DNA from: Neocallimastix sp. 'constans'
Lineage: Eukaryota
Length of the DNA stretch: 64,000 bases
Direction of reading: 5' to 3'
Assembly: GCA_050613775.1 (NCBI GenBank)
Contig: JBODTK010000132.1
Span: forward strand, 310,001-374,000
How positions within the stretch are numbered: position 1 is the first letter of the stretch; each line of letters opens with the position of its first letter. The position numbers were made by a program, and so were the translations under genes. The notes below the pieces were generated by a model. That model saw only the letters and a list, made by a program, of their open reading frames with translations. It had not been told where the DNA came from and ran no database searches. Shown piece by piece: positions 51,163 to 64,000 of this stretch.

Positions 51163-53340
51163 TAATTTAAATTAGTAATATATAAAATATATAATATTAT
51201 TATTTATGCTCAATTATTCTTAGTATTCATTAAAAAATATATATTGCTAAGAATCATTATATTATAATGTGAAAGATTTTATTCTAAAATTAGATGATGT
51301 ATAATACATATGTATAATATACATACAATACATACAATACATACATACATATCATTAATGATTTTTAATGTATTTTAAAGTTTAAAGGTTTATTACTTGA
51401 TAATTATTTTTCACCGACTTATATTTAGTTTTTCTTTTTTTTTTTAAATTTGTTGGAGTTTTTTATTTTTCCATTTTAAAACCATATTTTACAATTAAAG
51501 ATACTAACTATAAAAAGCCAATGAATTTTATAATTTTTTTTATTCATTAGTTTTTAGTCATTGTAAAAAATTTTATTAAAATTTTTTTACAATATTTTTA
51601 ATTTATTTATCCTATGAAATCGGATAAATATAATTTTTTTTTTTAAAAAAAAATATTCTATATTAAAAATTTCAATCTATATATATATATATAACTTTAT
51701 GAGAATAATAATAATAAAAATTATAATTTATTTTAAAATATTAAAACTACCAGATTCTAGAAATGGGTTAAATAATATTTAATTTACTAATGTATTTTTT
51801 TAAATAAATATTTAATAAATAGTATATATAATGAATTAATTATAATTTGAAATTTCTATATTTCTATATTTTTTATTTTATATAATATAAATATTGAAAA
51901 TACGTTGAACATGAAAATATAATTTATTTATTAAATAATAATGATTATAATTACAATTATAGATTTCATTCATTATAGATAATTTTTAAATATTATATAA
52001 ATATAAAACAGTGTAATTTTAGAATAATTAATAATTATATAATTACAACTAATATAATTATTACGAAATATAAAAAAAAATATTAATTTTTATTTATTTC
52101 ATATTTTTTTTTTATACTAGTTAGATAACAAAAACTTATGAAATAAAATTTATATATACGTATTTTTATACAAAATATTTATATATTAAATAATATATAC
52201 TCTTTTATAGTGTAGATCATACTAATATATAAGTGCAAGTATAAAATAATTTTGTATTAATGAGTATTTGATCTATGAATAACAAAAAATAAAGAATAAG
52301 ATTTTTACTTTCGAAAAAAAAAAAAAAAAAAAATTAAAATTGTTGCTTTAATATATGAATAGAATAAGTTACAATATATGAGAATATGTATATTATTTAT
52401 TTATATGTATATTATTTATATGTATATTATGTTTATTATTTATATGTATATAAAATACAATTATAAATAAAGCAATTAATTGAGAAATTTTATATTAAAT
52501 AATTTAAATTAAAATTTAATCATATTAAATTAATTATTATAACTTTATTCAATATTTAAAATTTATTCATATTAAATTTATTAATTTTCATTTATTTATA
52601 TATTTATTTATTAATCCACATACCTATAGATTAATTAATAATTATTATATATTATTTTTATTATTGTAACATTCTTCATGAAGTAGATGTAAAAATTAAC
52701 ATTTAATCATTAACGGAAAGATAGTATATAATATAAATAACTTTTTTTTTTTTTTTCAATGCTCATACGTTTAGGATATAATTAAATAACATACACCAAA
52801 TTTATTTATTTTGACCATAAAATTTATAAAAAAAAATTTCCAATAATTATGTATTATATGTTCTATATTAAAACTTTTTTTTTTTCTCATCAACTATTTA
52901 AACCTGTATTTGTCATACTTTTATTTTATACTTTATTAATATATATTTTGTATTTTATTACTTATATAATATTTATTTTATATTGTATTCATTTTTATTT
53001 GATTATATATATACATTTTTAATAAAAAAGTAGTTATCAATTATTTTTCTAATATTTAGACATTCATACAAAAATAACATATTTCAATTAATTATTTATT
53101 TTGTAAATATTTTATAAAAACCTTTTTTCGTTGGAATGAACATTTATGGTATAACGGTACCAATTAGCCACTTTTTTAAATGAAAATAAAATAATTAAAG
53201 CTCTTTTTTTTTGGGGGTTTTGTTTTTGTTTTTGTTTTTGTTTTGTTTCTTTTATTAAAAAAAAAAAAAAAAAAAAGACTTGAAATCGAGAACTTTTTTA
53301 AATTTCTTTTTAATATTTGTAATAATAAATTGTAAACTCA

Positions 53341-53384
<44 letters not shown>

Positions 53385-53532
53385 CGAACTGATATAATAT
53401 TATTCATATTAAAATTTTTCTTTCACTTTATGTAAATAATTTTATAAACCTTAGAATAATTTTAACAAATTAAATTTCATTATTTTCCACTTTTATTTAT
53501 TTATTTATTTATTTTTTATTTTAATTTTAATA

Positions 53533-53566
<34 letters not shown>

Positions 53567-56500
53567 TCATAGTATTTAACATATTTTAATTTTTAGTTGA
53601 ACCTGCATTTACTTGGATATTTTAATATATTAATTCAGTATTTAATATTATTTTGATAAATAATTAACATAACTGATTTTATTGTATATATAAACATATA
53701 TTTAATATTATTATTTTTTTATTTTGTTTTATATCAATATATGAATTAATATTTTATAAGTTCCAATATAAATAATACCATTAGAATTATTTAATTTTAT
53801 ATAAAATTTCCATCAATTTCATATATATATAATATTTCTTTTTACCCTTTTTACATTGTAACATTATTATTTTCGTTATGTAAGGTCATTCCCTTTTTTT
53901 TTTATATTTTTATATATATATATATCACTATATTTGTAAATTTTCTTTTTTATTAAATTTATCAATTATTTTTATATTTGTTAATAATCTTATCTATATT
54001 AATTTAATTATTATCAATTTTTTTTTTTAAAAAAAAAAAAAAAGACTTGAAATCGAGAACCTTTTTTTGTGTTTATTTATTTATATAATCCTCTGCTAAA
54101 TTTTTTTAAAAAGTTTCAAATCTTTTATTCGAAATTTTTAATTTATATTAAAAATTATTATAAAAGGATATATTAAAATTAATTATTTTAAATTTTTTAT
54201 TTAATCTTATATTCTATATATTCTATATTCCTTTATTAAAAAGAAAAAAAAAAAAAAGATAAAATTTTTAATTAAAATATTAATTATGTAAAAATATCTT
54301 TTATTTTTAAATAATAATAATTAAACTTTATTTTTTAAAGACATTTTATATAAAAAAATTTTTTTTAATAATAATTAAACTTTTTTTTTTTTAAAAAAAT
54401 ATTTTAATATTAAAAAGTACAAGAATAATTATTGGTTGACTTCTTATAAACCTTATCAAGAATTTTTAAAATATTCAAAGAATGAATTATAAAAAAAAAT
54501 TAATTTTTAATTTTTAATATATTTATTTTTATAAAATATTTTAATATTTGTGTCTTTAATGCTTTTACATTAATACTAAAACAATAATGAATTATTGTAA
54601 GAATAATATTATATAATAAAATATAATACAATATCACATAATATTATATAATATAACATAACATAATATAAATTTATAAAAAATAAAAAGATTTAAGAAA
54701 AATAAAAATAAAATTAAAAATTAAATTAAAAATAAAAAACTGAGAAAGAAAAATTAAAATATTGCATTTGATATATTAATATTTTAGTAATAAATGAACT
54801 TTTAATGAAAAAAACAATAAACTATTTACAACAAAATAATAAAAATTTTTTTTTCACTAAACTATTCTTAATTTTAACTTTATATATAGGTATTATAACA
54901 TTAATATTCAAGCCTAATATTAGTTTTTTTTTTTTAATATTAATAAAATAAAGGAATAAAATAAAATATTATTATTTATTTGTATTATATTTTTTTTAGG
55001 TTATTTTTCTTATTTTTATTTATTAGTTTGCTTGGTTTATTTATTTCTATAATAACTTATACATATTTTATTATTCAGTTCACTTATTAATAATTTATTT
55101 ATGATTTATTTATTTATCAAACTTTAAATATAAGATTCTTTCAATCTAACTATACCATTAATCATTTAATAAAATGTTTAAACTTTGATTAATTATATTG
55201 GTGTAATATTTTAATTTTTTTTTAATTAATTATATTAAAAGCTTATATATTAAGATAAATTAAACATTATTAAATAAATTGTTTCATTTCAAAATTTAAA
55301 TATGAGAAAATATCATTATTTTTTATATTTTCATTGATTATAATTTCATTCAATTATTATCCTTTTTTTTTTTTTTTTTTTTTATTTCTTTTTATCTTTC
55401 ATCATTAATTTAAAAAAAGAAATGGAAATATCTTATAATGAATAAATAATCATATAATTAAATTAAATAAATAGTAATAATACCATTAATAATAAATCAC
55501 TACATCATTTTTGTAATCATATTATCTTTAAGAATAAAAGAATAAATAATAAAAAAATAAATAAAGAAAAAAAATTAATAGTAGTCTATTTAAACTTTAA
55601 ACCACTTTAATATGTAATATTTATAATTTTTAGAAATTGAAATATCAAATGGAGTATTGTATCCACCATTTTATTGGTTAAATATTTTAATTAACAAGAG
55701 TTGTAACATTTCACTAATAAATTTTAATATATTATGACTCTAAATGAAAATTTTATTTTCTTAGCCATAGAAAAAAAAGCTTATTTAGTGTAGTAAAAAA
55801 AAAAATATACAATTTTAATGTAATGAATCATTTATTATTTAAAATCACTTATTAATGTTTATATACTCATAATGATAAATAAACTACAAAAATTTTATTA
55901 TATAATTAAATAAAATTAAAAAAGATATTAATATAACTTTTTCATATAATAAATTTTAAAATTTAAAATCTTATTCGTTAAAGTCATTTTTAAAAATTAT
56001 TCTTAAATTATTCTGTACTTATTAAAATTTTATGGTTGTAAAAAAAAAAACTAAACTGTTAATAATTTAGTAATATATGTATTATATATTTAAATATATA
56101 TTTAGGTTTTTTTTTTTTTAAAAAAAATTTTTTTAATATAAAATTTTATTTAATTATTTTTAAAAGTTAATTTAATAAAAAAAAAAATTAATTATAATTT
56201 AATTATTAATAAAAATTTTTTAATATACATTTGTGTATATTTCCAATTAAATATATATGATACATAAGAACTGTAATAAAATTTAAATAAGAATTTTATT
56301 ATATATTAAAATATATTTATTAATTATGTCATTAAATAATATGAATATTAATATTTATATTATATATTTATTATTTAATATATTTTTATAATTAAATATT
56401 ACTTTTTTGTTTTGTTTTGTTTTGTTTTTTTGTTTTTGTTTTTCATTTTCATTTGTTATCCTCTTTTTTAATTTCATTATTTTTTTTTTACTTGTAATAT

Positions 56501-57611
56501 TCCTTATATAAATATATAAAAAGAATGAAAAAATTCTCTTTTTTTTTTTTTTTTTTTTTTTCTATTAAAATATTTATTTTAATTTATTAATTATATATAC
56601 TCAAAAATTTGAGATATATAAAACAATACAAGGAAAGAAATATATTTTTTATTAAAAATTATTTTCTTCTTTTTTGAAATAAATAATAAGAAAATCATTA
56701 TATATCAAAAAAAAAATTTTTTTTTTTGTATAAATATTTTTATTGTAGTAAAATTATTTATTCTTTATTTAGTAAAAAACATTTTTTAAAATTTGTAAAT
56801 ATATATTTAAATGTAATATTAAGCTCTTTTTTAAAAACAAATGTTTATATAATAAATAATAAATAATTATTAAATGAAAATAATTAAAATAATATAATAA
56901 TATTATAATTCAAATATTTCTATATTTCAACATTTTTTTCTTAAAAAAAATAAAAAAGTTATTCATATATATAAAGATAAAATCAAATTCATTATATATA
57001 TTTTTTAGTGTATATATGTTATTCCAATACATTATAACTTTCAATATTATTATTATTATTAAAAAACTAAAAAAAAAAAAAAACGAAGTATATATATATT
57101 TAAAAATTAAACTTTTATAAAAGCAAAAACAGAAACAAACAAACAAAAACAAACAAAATAAAACAAAATAAAATAAAATAAAATAGAAATTAAATATAAA
57201 ATAGAAATTATATATAAAGTTAGATAGAGGATTTAATAAATTATATTAGTATAGTCTTATTTTTCTTATTTACTTTACCATATTATTATATTTATATTAC
57301 TAAAATAGAAACTAAATTAATATTAGTCTTATTATATTTCTTAGTTAATTTTTTTTCCTTCTTTTGATATTATAATACTTAGTACTCCAATAGAAAAAAA
57401 AATTTTTTTTTTAATAGAATATTTTAAAGAAAAAAATTTTTTTTATAATTTAAGATACCTAAACTTGTTAATTTTATATTATTATTATTTTTTTTTTACA
57501 TTATATTTAGTTTTCAGTTTTAAAAATATTAAAAAAAAAAATAATATATATTTTTAATTTTTTTATTTAAGAAAAAAAATTTATGCGGGAAAAATTATTT
57601 TTTCTTCAAAA

Positions 57612-60600
57612 ATGATGAATATTATTGATAATTCAAATAGAATTTATGCTGTTAGTTTAAATAATAATAGCAGTTTACCATCTCCACCGTATTATTACTC
57701 GAAGTCATTTGTAGATGTTAGTTTAAATGATCAATGTGATATTGTAAATATGAATTCTTTTGTATATAATTCAAATTCTAGCTCAAGAGAAGGAGCTAAG
57801 AATATTTCTTCTGAAGATAAGAGAAAGTCTTCTGTAAAGGAATACCCTAAGAAATATGTAATGGATTTAAATAACGTAAATGATAACATGAGCTTAAATA
57901 TTAAAACAACATTGAAATCTCCAAATGAAATTATATCTACAATAAATAATTTCAATTCTTTACCTGGATCTACTGATTCCTACTCAACAAATACGACTGA
58001 AGAATCTGTAAATTCTTTCAGTAGTGATATTGTTCCCTTAAGGCCATATCCTTCTCCTTGTATTAGCTATACTACAATTAAAGATGCAAAAGTTTCTTCG
58101 TTTGTAAAAAATGATATGACTATGACCCCAATTTCAGTTCCAAATACTTCATATAAAAATATCACAAATCCCTCTAATTGTGGTTCAACCATTGAATTAA
58201 ATTCAGAAACGTCTAACTTTACTTCATCATATAATTGTGTTAATGTTAATGCTAATAGTAATACAAATATTAATAGTTCAAATAATATTGATATAAATGT
58301 TCTAACCAATACTACTACAATCAGTAATAAATCAGTAAACACATTTTCAACTTCAACTTCAAATCTTAATAATATTAATTTAAATATTAATATAAACCAA
58401 AATATTAATACTTCCCCGATTGTACAGAGTACAGTACCATTTAATACATCAAGTAATGGAACAATAACTTATCAAACTTCATTTCCAAATGAGAATGTAG
58501 TTAATACTCCTCCATCCTATACTAACAATTATTCAAACAATGTTATAGTTAATTCTGATTTCTCTTCACATACAAATTTACCTATGGAAACTACTTTACC
58601 ATCAACAACTTCTTTAGCGAATTATCCAAATCAAATTCAACCTATATATTCAAATTCTTCTTCTTCTTCTTCTTCTTCTTCTTCTTCAACTTATTGTTCA
58701 AATACTTCAACTAGTTCTAAAAATTTATCGGATAAAAGAGAATTAAGTATAATTATACCTTCTAATCAAAATACAACACCTTTAGTTATGAACAATGTTT
58801 CACCAGTAATTATAACTCAAACTACAAATGATCCAAATCAACTTGTTTCTCCAATTTATACTACCGCTTCGGAAAATATACAATATAATATTACAAAAAA
58901 TTTTGTTGAAACTGCTTTTATTAATGCACCAACATTTAGTAGAACGGTTACTAAAGCTAATAGTGATCCGCTTTTTTATTGTTATGTCAATAACAATTTT
59001 AGTGATTTTGAAAATAGTTTTTATGAAGGAGGTAAATTTTTAATAAAATAAAATAAAATTATAGAAATATAATACATATTGTAGTATTTAATAAAATATT
59101 AATTAATTAATTAATTAATTAATTATTTTTTATTTTTATTTTATTTTATTTTATTATTTTTTTTTAAAAAAAAAATTAAAATTATAATTTAAATATATAA
59201 TAGGTCAAAATGCTATTCTTTATAATGAATTATGTGAAAGTCCAAGTAGTTATAGTAATCAAAGTAGTGAAAGTAATTCAATTTCTAATAGTACTATCTA
59301 TAATACTAATAGTGTTAATAATAATATCGTAGCTTCTAATGACACGGTTAACTATAATTTAACACCACTTAATAACAATATCAATAACTGTAAATATGAA
59401 GTTCCAACAACAACAACATATGTTCCATTAAATGCTATAACACAAGGTATTCCTATGACTAATTCTTTTGTAAAATTTACTACTCCAAAGAATACAATTA
59501 AAACTCAAACTTTACATAGCATGGAAGTTGAAAAAAGCATAAATACTAATCAAGTTTTTCAGCCTTCTTTGGTTTCTTCAAATATAGAAACTGTTGTACC
59601 TAAAGATTTAGATCTTAACCAAAGTAAAGAAAGAAATGAAAATGAATTTAATGCATTTCCTATTAAGCTTTCTTTAAAAGAGGAGGATATTAAGGAAAAG
59701 AAAGAAGAATTACCTTTTGATGTTAAGAGAAAACAAGCTCCTGAGGTTGTTAAAGAACCGTTAAGAGATCAGACAAAAAAAGAAAATCACAAATTAAATA
59801 CTATTGTAGCAAGCATTCATATTGTAAATAAAAAAATGAATGAAAAAAGTAAAACAAAAATTCATACTAATAGTCTGTCATTGGAAGAAATAAAAGAAGA
59901 TGCCGTAGCTCTATTAAATGATATTAAAACTAAGTCTATTGGTAAAAGTATCGTTGATAATACATCTAATTCTACAAATAAGAATAGGGAGTTAATAAAA
60001 GATAAAGAAAATATTAAAATTTCTGGTCAATCAATACATGATACTAGTAAGACAATTCATAAAAAAGAAAAAGAATCCACTCAGTCTATGGAATTAGATC
60101 ATAAAATATCTAAAAAGCTCCATCCAAAATCCTTAACTATTAATAAAGAAATTACAAGTATAAACAAAAAAGAAACTGAGGAATTAAAAAAGAATATTGA
60201 AAAAACGAATGAAATAAAAAAGAATAAGAAGGAGACAAAGATAACATTAAAATCAAAATTGAAGAATGTTCAAGGTAAATGTAAAGAAAAAAAAATAAAT
60301 AATACACATGAAAGCAATAAGCAAGAAGCTATAAATTCAAAGAAGGTGAAAAAATCTAAAAAATGTAACAAAATGACTTTGAAAATAATTGATAAAATTG
60401 ATAAAACTGAAAATAATTCTATTAAGAAAGAGAGCAAAATAAAGATACCTATGAAAGTTAAAGCTTCAAAAGTCAAGTGTGCTTCAGTAAAAATTGGCCA
60501 AATAAAAGAAGATGTCAAAATGGTAATTGAAAATAATTCAGAATCTACTTTATCATCAAATGTCTTACCTATAGAGAAGCGTAATAAAGGAAATAGCGAT

Positions 60601-61590
60601 ATTGTAAATAAGGAAATACCTCAAAAAAGTATTAATAAAAGAAAAAGAGAAACTAAACAAGAAGAAAAATCATCCAATACAACAAATGAAGAATTTGTTA
60701 AATCTAAAAAAATAAAGAAATCCAAAGCCACAGGAAAAGAAGGAAAAAAGATTAATTTAATAGAAACTAATAAAATTGGAAAAAACTCGTTCAAACTTGA
60801 TATTGATATTCCTGATTTATTTGAAACTGGTATTTTCACTATATTAAAAGATATTGAGTCACAAAGTAAAGATGATAATGACATTAAAACAAAATGTATC
60901 AATGAAAAAAATATTAAAAGAAAAAATAAAAGTAAGAAAGATACTAAAAAAGATGATACTAAAAAAGATGATATTAAAAAAGATGATATTAAAAAGGATG
61001 ATATTAAAAAGGATGATATTAAAAAGGATGATATTAAAAAGGATGATATTAAAAAGGATGATATTAAAAAGGATGATATTAAAAAGGATGATATTAAAAA
61101 GGATGATATTAAAAAGGATGATATTAAAAAAGATGATACTAAAAAAGATGATACTAAAAAAGATGATACTAAAAAAGATGATACTAAAAAAGAACCTGAA
61201 AGCAAAAATAATATTGAAATAAAATATATACCATTGAAAAAAAGTAGAGCTACAAAGATTTCTAAGAATAGTGGAAAGCCTTATGATCCTGAATGTGAAT
61301 GTGATATTTGTCATAAGATCTTTTCAAGAAAGTATGATTTAATTCGTCATCGTCGACTTCATACTGGTGATACACCATATAAATGTAAAATCTGTGGTCA
61401 AGGATTTACTCGTAGTGATCATAGAGATCGTCATATTCGTCGTACTGCATGTGGTGAAACTAAATATTATCAAGAAATTATGAAACAAGCTGAAATAGAA
61501 AAAGCTAAAAAATTAGAGAAAAGAAGAAGAAGAGAAGAAAAAAGAAGGAGGAGGGAAGAACAAATAAAAAGAAGAAAAGAAGGAAATTAA
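57612..61590 (+). CDS. C2H2 zinc-finger transcription factor, 1268 aa, 2 exons: 57612-59031, 59204-61590
   Basis: ORFs 57612..59051 and 59455..61590 join through a phase-1 intron (G|GTAAAT...ATAG|GT) that keeps frame. S/T/N-rich N-terminus, K-rich middle, C-terminal [51 protein letters not shown], and a basic R/K/E tail. Confidence 0.88.
60946..61185 (+). repeat. Coding 15-bp minisatellite, 16 units encoding KKDD[I/T]
   Basis: AAAAA[A/G]GATGATA[T/C]T x16 in frame inside the zinc-finger gene. Confidence 0.95.
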
Positions 61591-61892
61591 ACATTTAATT
61601 TCTTTATTATTATAAATAAAATAAAAATAATATTAATAATTCTACTCTTATAATATAGTATAAATTAAAGTATTTATTATAATAATTCAAATTTATACTT
61701 GTATATATATTATATTATATTTGTGTTTTTCATATTTTTATAGTTTTATATATTTATATTAAAAAAAAAAAATAAAAATAAATTATATTTATAAAATATG
61801 AATATAAATATATTAAATATTAGTTTTTTTTATTATTATTATTATTTTATATATTTTAAAAAAAAAAAAATAATTATGATTTATAAATTTTA

Positions 61893-61928
<36 letters not shown>

Positions 61929-62350
61929 ATAATAATAATAACTTAAAATTATACATATTAATTTATAAATATCAATTTAAAATTATTATTATTATTATCA
62001 TCCTATTTATTAAAATAAACAAATTTTAAATATCTAGAATATGAAATTTAATTTGTAAAAATGGTTATTAATATATATATATATATATATAATATTGTAA
62101 ATAAATTATTATTAATAAATAAAATAAATAAATAAATAAAAAAAATAACAATAAAAATAAAATAAAATAGACTAAAATAAAGTGAAATAAAATTTAAGCA
62201 TAATGATATTTTTGGACTCTTAATGTAATGTTTACAAAATTTCTTGTTATATCCAATAAAGTAGATGATAAAATTCAAGTAAGAGTTCCTAAAAATCTAC
62301 AGGGCTTAGTATTCCATTACCCTGCTTAGATTATGAAATTATTGACTCTG

Positions 62351-62505
62351 AAACGATAAGACAGAGAAGAAATTCTGATTCATATTCGACTATATAATTT
62401 CTTTCCACATGGATGAATGGGAAGAGTTTGAGGCCATTTCGTCCTCTAAACTCATAGTGTAATTTTTTAATATTAGTGTAAAAAAAATTTCACATATTTT
62501 TATTT

Positions 62506-62559
<54 letters not shown>

Positions 62560-62607
62560 CAAGGAATAAATTTTATTTAATAATATTTATTAAAAAAAAA
62601 AAAAAAA
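62351..62607 (+). repeat. Dispersed repeat, copy 2 (probable 3' end of a non-LTR element)
   Basis: AAACGATAAGACAGAGAAGAAATTCTGAT...GATGAATGGGAAGAGTTTGAGGCCATTTC...ATTTTTATTTTCATGTA matches 12204-12376. Confidence 0.75.
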
Positions 62608-63488
62608 TAAAAAATAAAATAAATAAAATAATATGAATGAAATAATGTGAAATGAAATTTTCATAAATTAATTTTTTTATAATTATTTTATCAATTATTT
62701 TATCAAGAATTTTATCATTTTATATTTTCAATAATAAATAATATGTTGAAGTTCATAATATTTATACTTTTGTACATTAAAGTATTATAAGTATTTATAA
62801 TATTTGATTAAGTAATAATTTGTATGTAAAATATAAAAAGAAAAATTTTTTTTTATGAAATTAATATTTTGAGTCTTTTAAATACTTTATTAAATCATAT
62901 AAATTAATAAATAATAAATAAAATTTAATTGAATAATAATACATTTTGTTGTGTACACATCAATTTTATATTGACTCCTTAACATAATAATAGTCAAATA
63001 TATAGTTTTAATAATAATAATAATTAATTTAAATAAAAAAATATTAACATATTATTATTTTTCAGTATAATTAGATTAAAAAAAAAAAAAAATTAAGGTT
63101 CGGAGATTTAAAAATAAAATAAAATAAAAATTAGGTAAAAATTGAAAGAAATTTAATTTTTTTTTTTTATTGATATTATTAATATTTTTAAACTTTTTTC
63201 TAAATATTATTTTTTTATTTTTTGTTTTTTTATTCCTATATATTTTTTTATTTTTTATTTTTATTTTTATTTTTTATTCTTTATTTTTTATTTTTTGTTT
63301 TTTATTTTTTATTTTTTACTTTTTTATATTTAATTTTTTATTTTTAATTTTAAATTTTTAATTTTAATTTTTTTAATTTTTAATTTTTATTTTTTATTTT
63401 TTATTCCTTTTTCTTATCTAAATAATCAAATATATTTAAAGCTAAGTTTAATTTTATTTTACCATGCCATGGTAAAATAAAATTTAAA

Positions 63489-63522
<34 letters not shown>

Positions 63523-64000
63523 TTTTAAACTTAATAATAAAAAAAAATAATATATATGATAAAGTTTTTATAATTTTAATAAATATTATCATATAGAATA
63601 ATGTTTTACTTTCAATTTTTTTACCATATAGATTAATATTTTGACATATATAATTATAAAGTTTATAATACTAATATAAATTATAAATTAAGATAATGTT
63701 ATATACTTTTTAATAAAATTTACATTTAAATTCTTTTTTTTTCCTTGTTTTTTTTTTTTTTTTTTTTTTTCCATAATTTTTTTTTTATTTCTTTCTATAA
63801 TCTTTATTTTTTTTTTTTTTTTTTTTTTTTTTTATCATATATATGTATTTATTTATTTATTTATTTAAAATATAAAATCTTATTCTTTATTTTATTTTAT
63901 TTTTTTTTTTAAAAAAATAATAAATTATAAAATAATGAATAATTATTATATAATAATTAAATAACAATGCATAAAATAAATGGATTTCTATATATAATAT

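Noticed and set aside
58735..58822. ELSIIIP / PVIITQ as calcineurin PxIxIT docking sites, which would suggest a Crz1 ortholog
   Set aside because: Neither fits the consensus well and the finger arrangement is not diagnostic; no gene symbol assigned.
60621..61314. Overlapping sense and antisense ORFs across the KKDDI repeat
   Set aside because: Open only because the 15-bp unit lacks stops in those frames; shadows of the zinc-finger CDS.

Overview
Extremely AT-rich, intron-containing eukaryotic DNA with long homopolymer and microsatellite tracts. Composition, intron style and repeat content suggest an anaerobic gut fungus (Neocallimastigomycota); this is an inference, not a database result. 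Five intact protein-coding genes can be supported: (1) an intronless 1240-aa protein with an internal W2 (eIF5/eIF2B-epsilon/eIF4G-type) domain and a very long acidic tail (6962-10684); (2) an 11-exon Cdc3/AspB-type septin that the ORF track misses, with a likely 11-nt microexon (14537-17115); (3) a 6-exon 7TM-RGS fusion (30355-33050); (4) an intronless, bacterial-looking alpha/beta hydrolase (43936-45054, minus); (5) a 2-exon C2H2 zinc-finger protein with a KKDD[I/T] x16 repeat (57612-61590). The remainder is AT desert plus decayed mobile DNA: a LINE 3' relic (about 18.2-19.7 kb) and a TE cluster at about 34-42.6 kb (copia, MULE transposase, a satellite inside an inverted-repeat frame, gypsy RT, copia RNase H). 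The most interesting non-coding structures are a stack of Mutator-type MITEs with 9-bp target-site duplications, each inserted at the right end of the previous one (48.4-49.7 kb); a poly(A)-only insertion with a 12-bp TSD; and a dispersed repeat whose T-run/A-run-flanked core is inverted between its two copies. No rRNA, tRNA or CRISPR array was found. No demonstrably new biological system is established from sequence alone; the best candidates are ranked in the findings.
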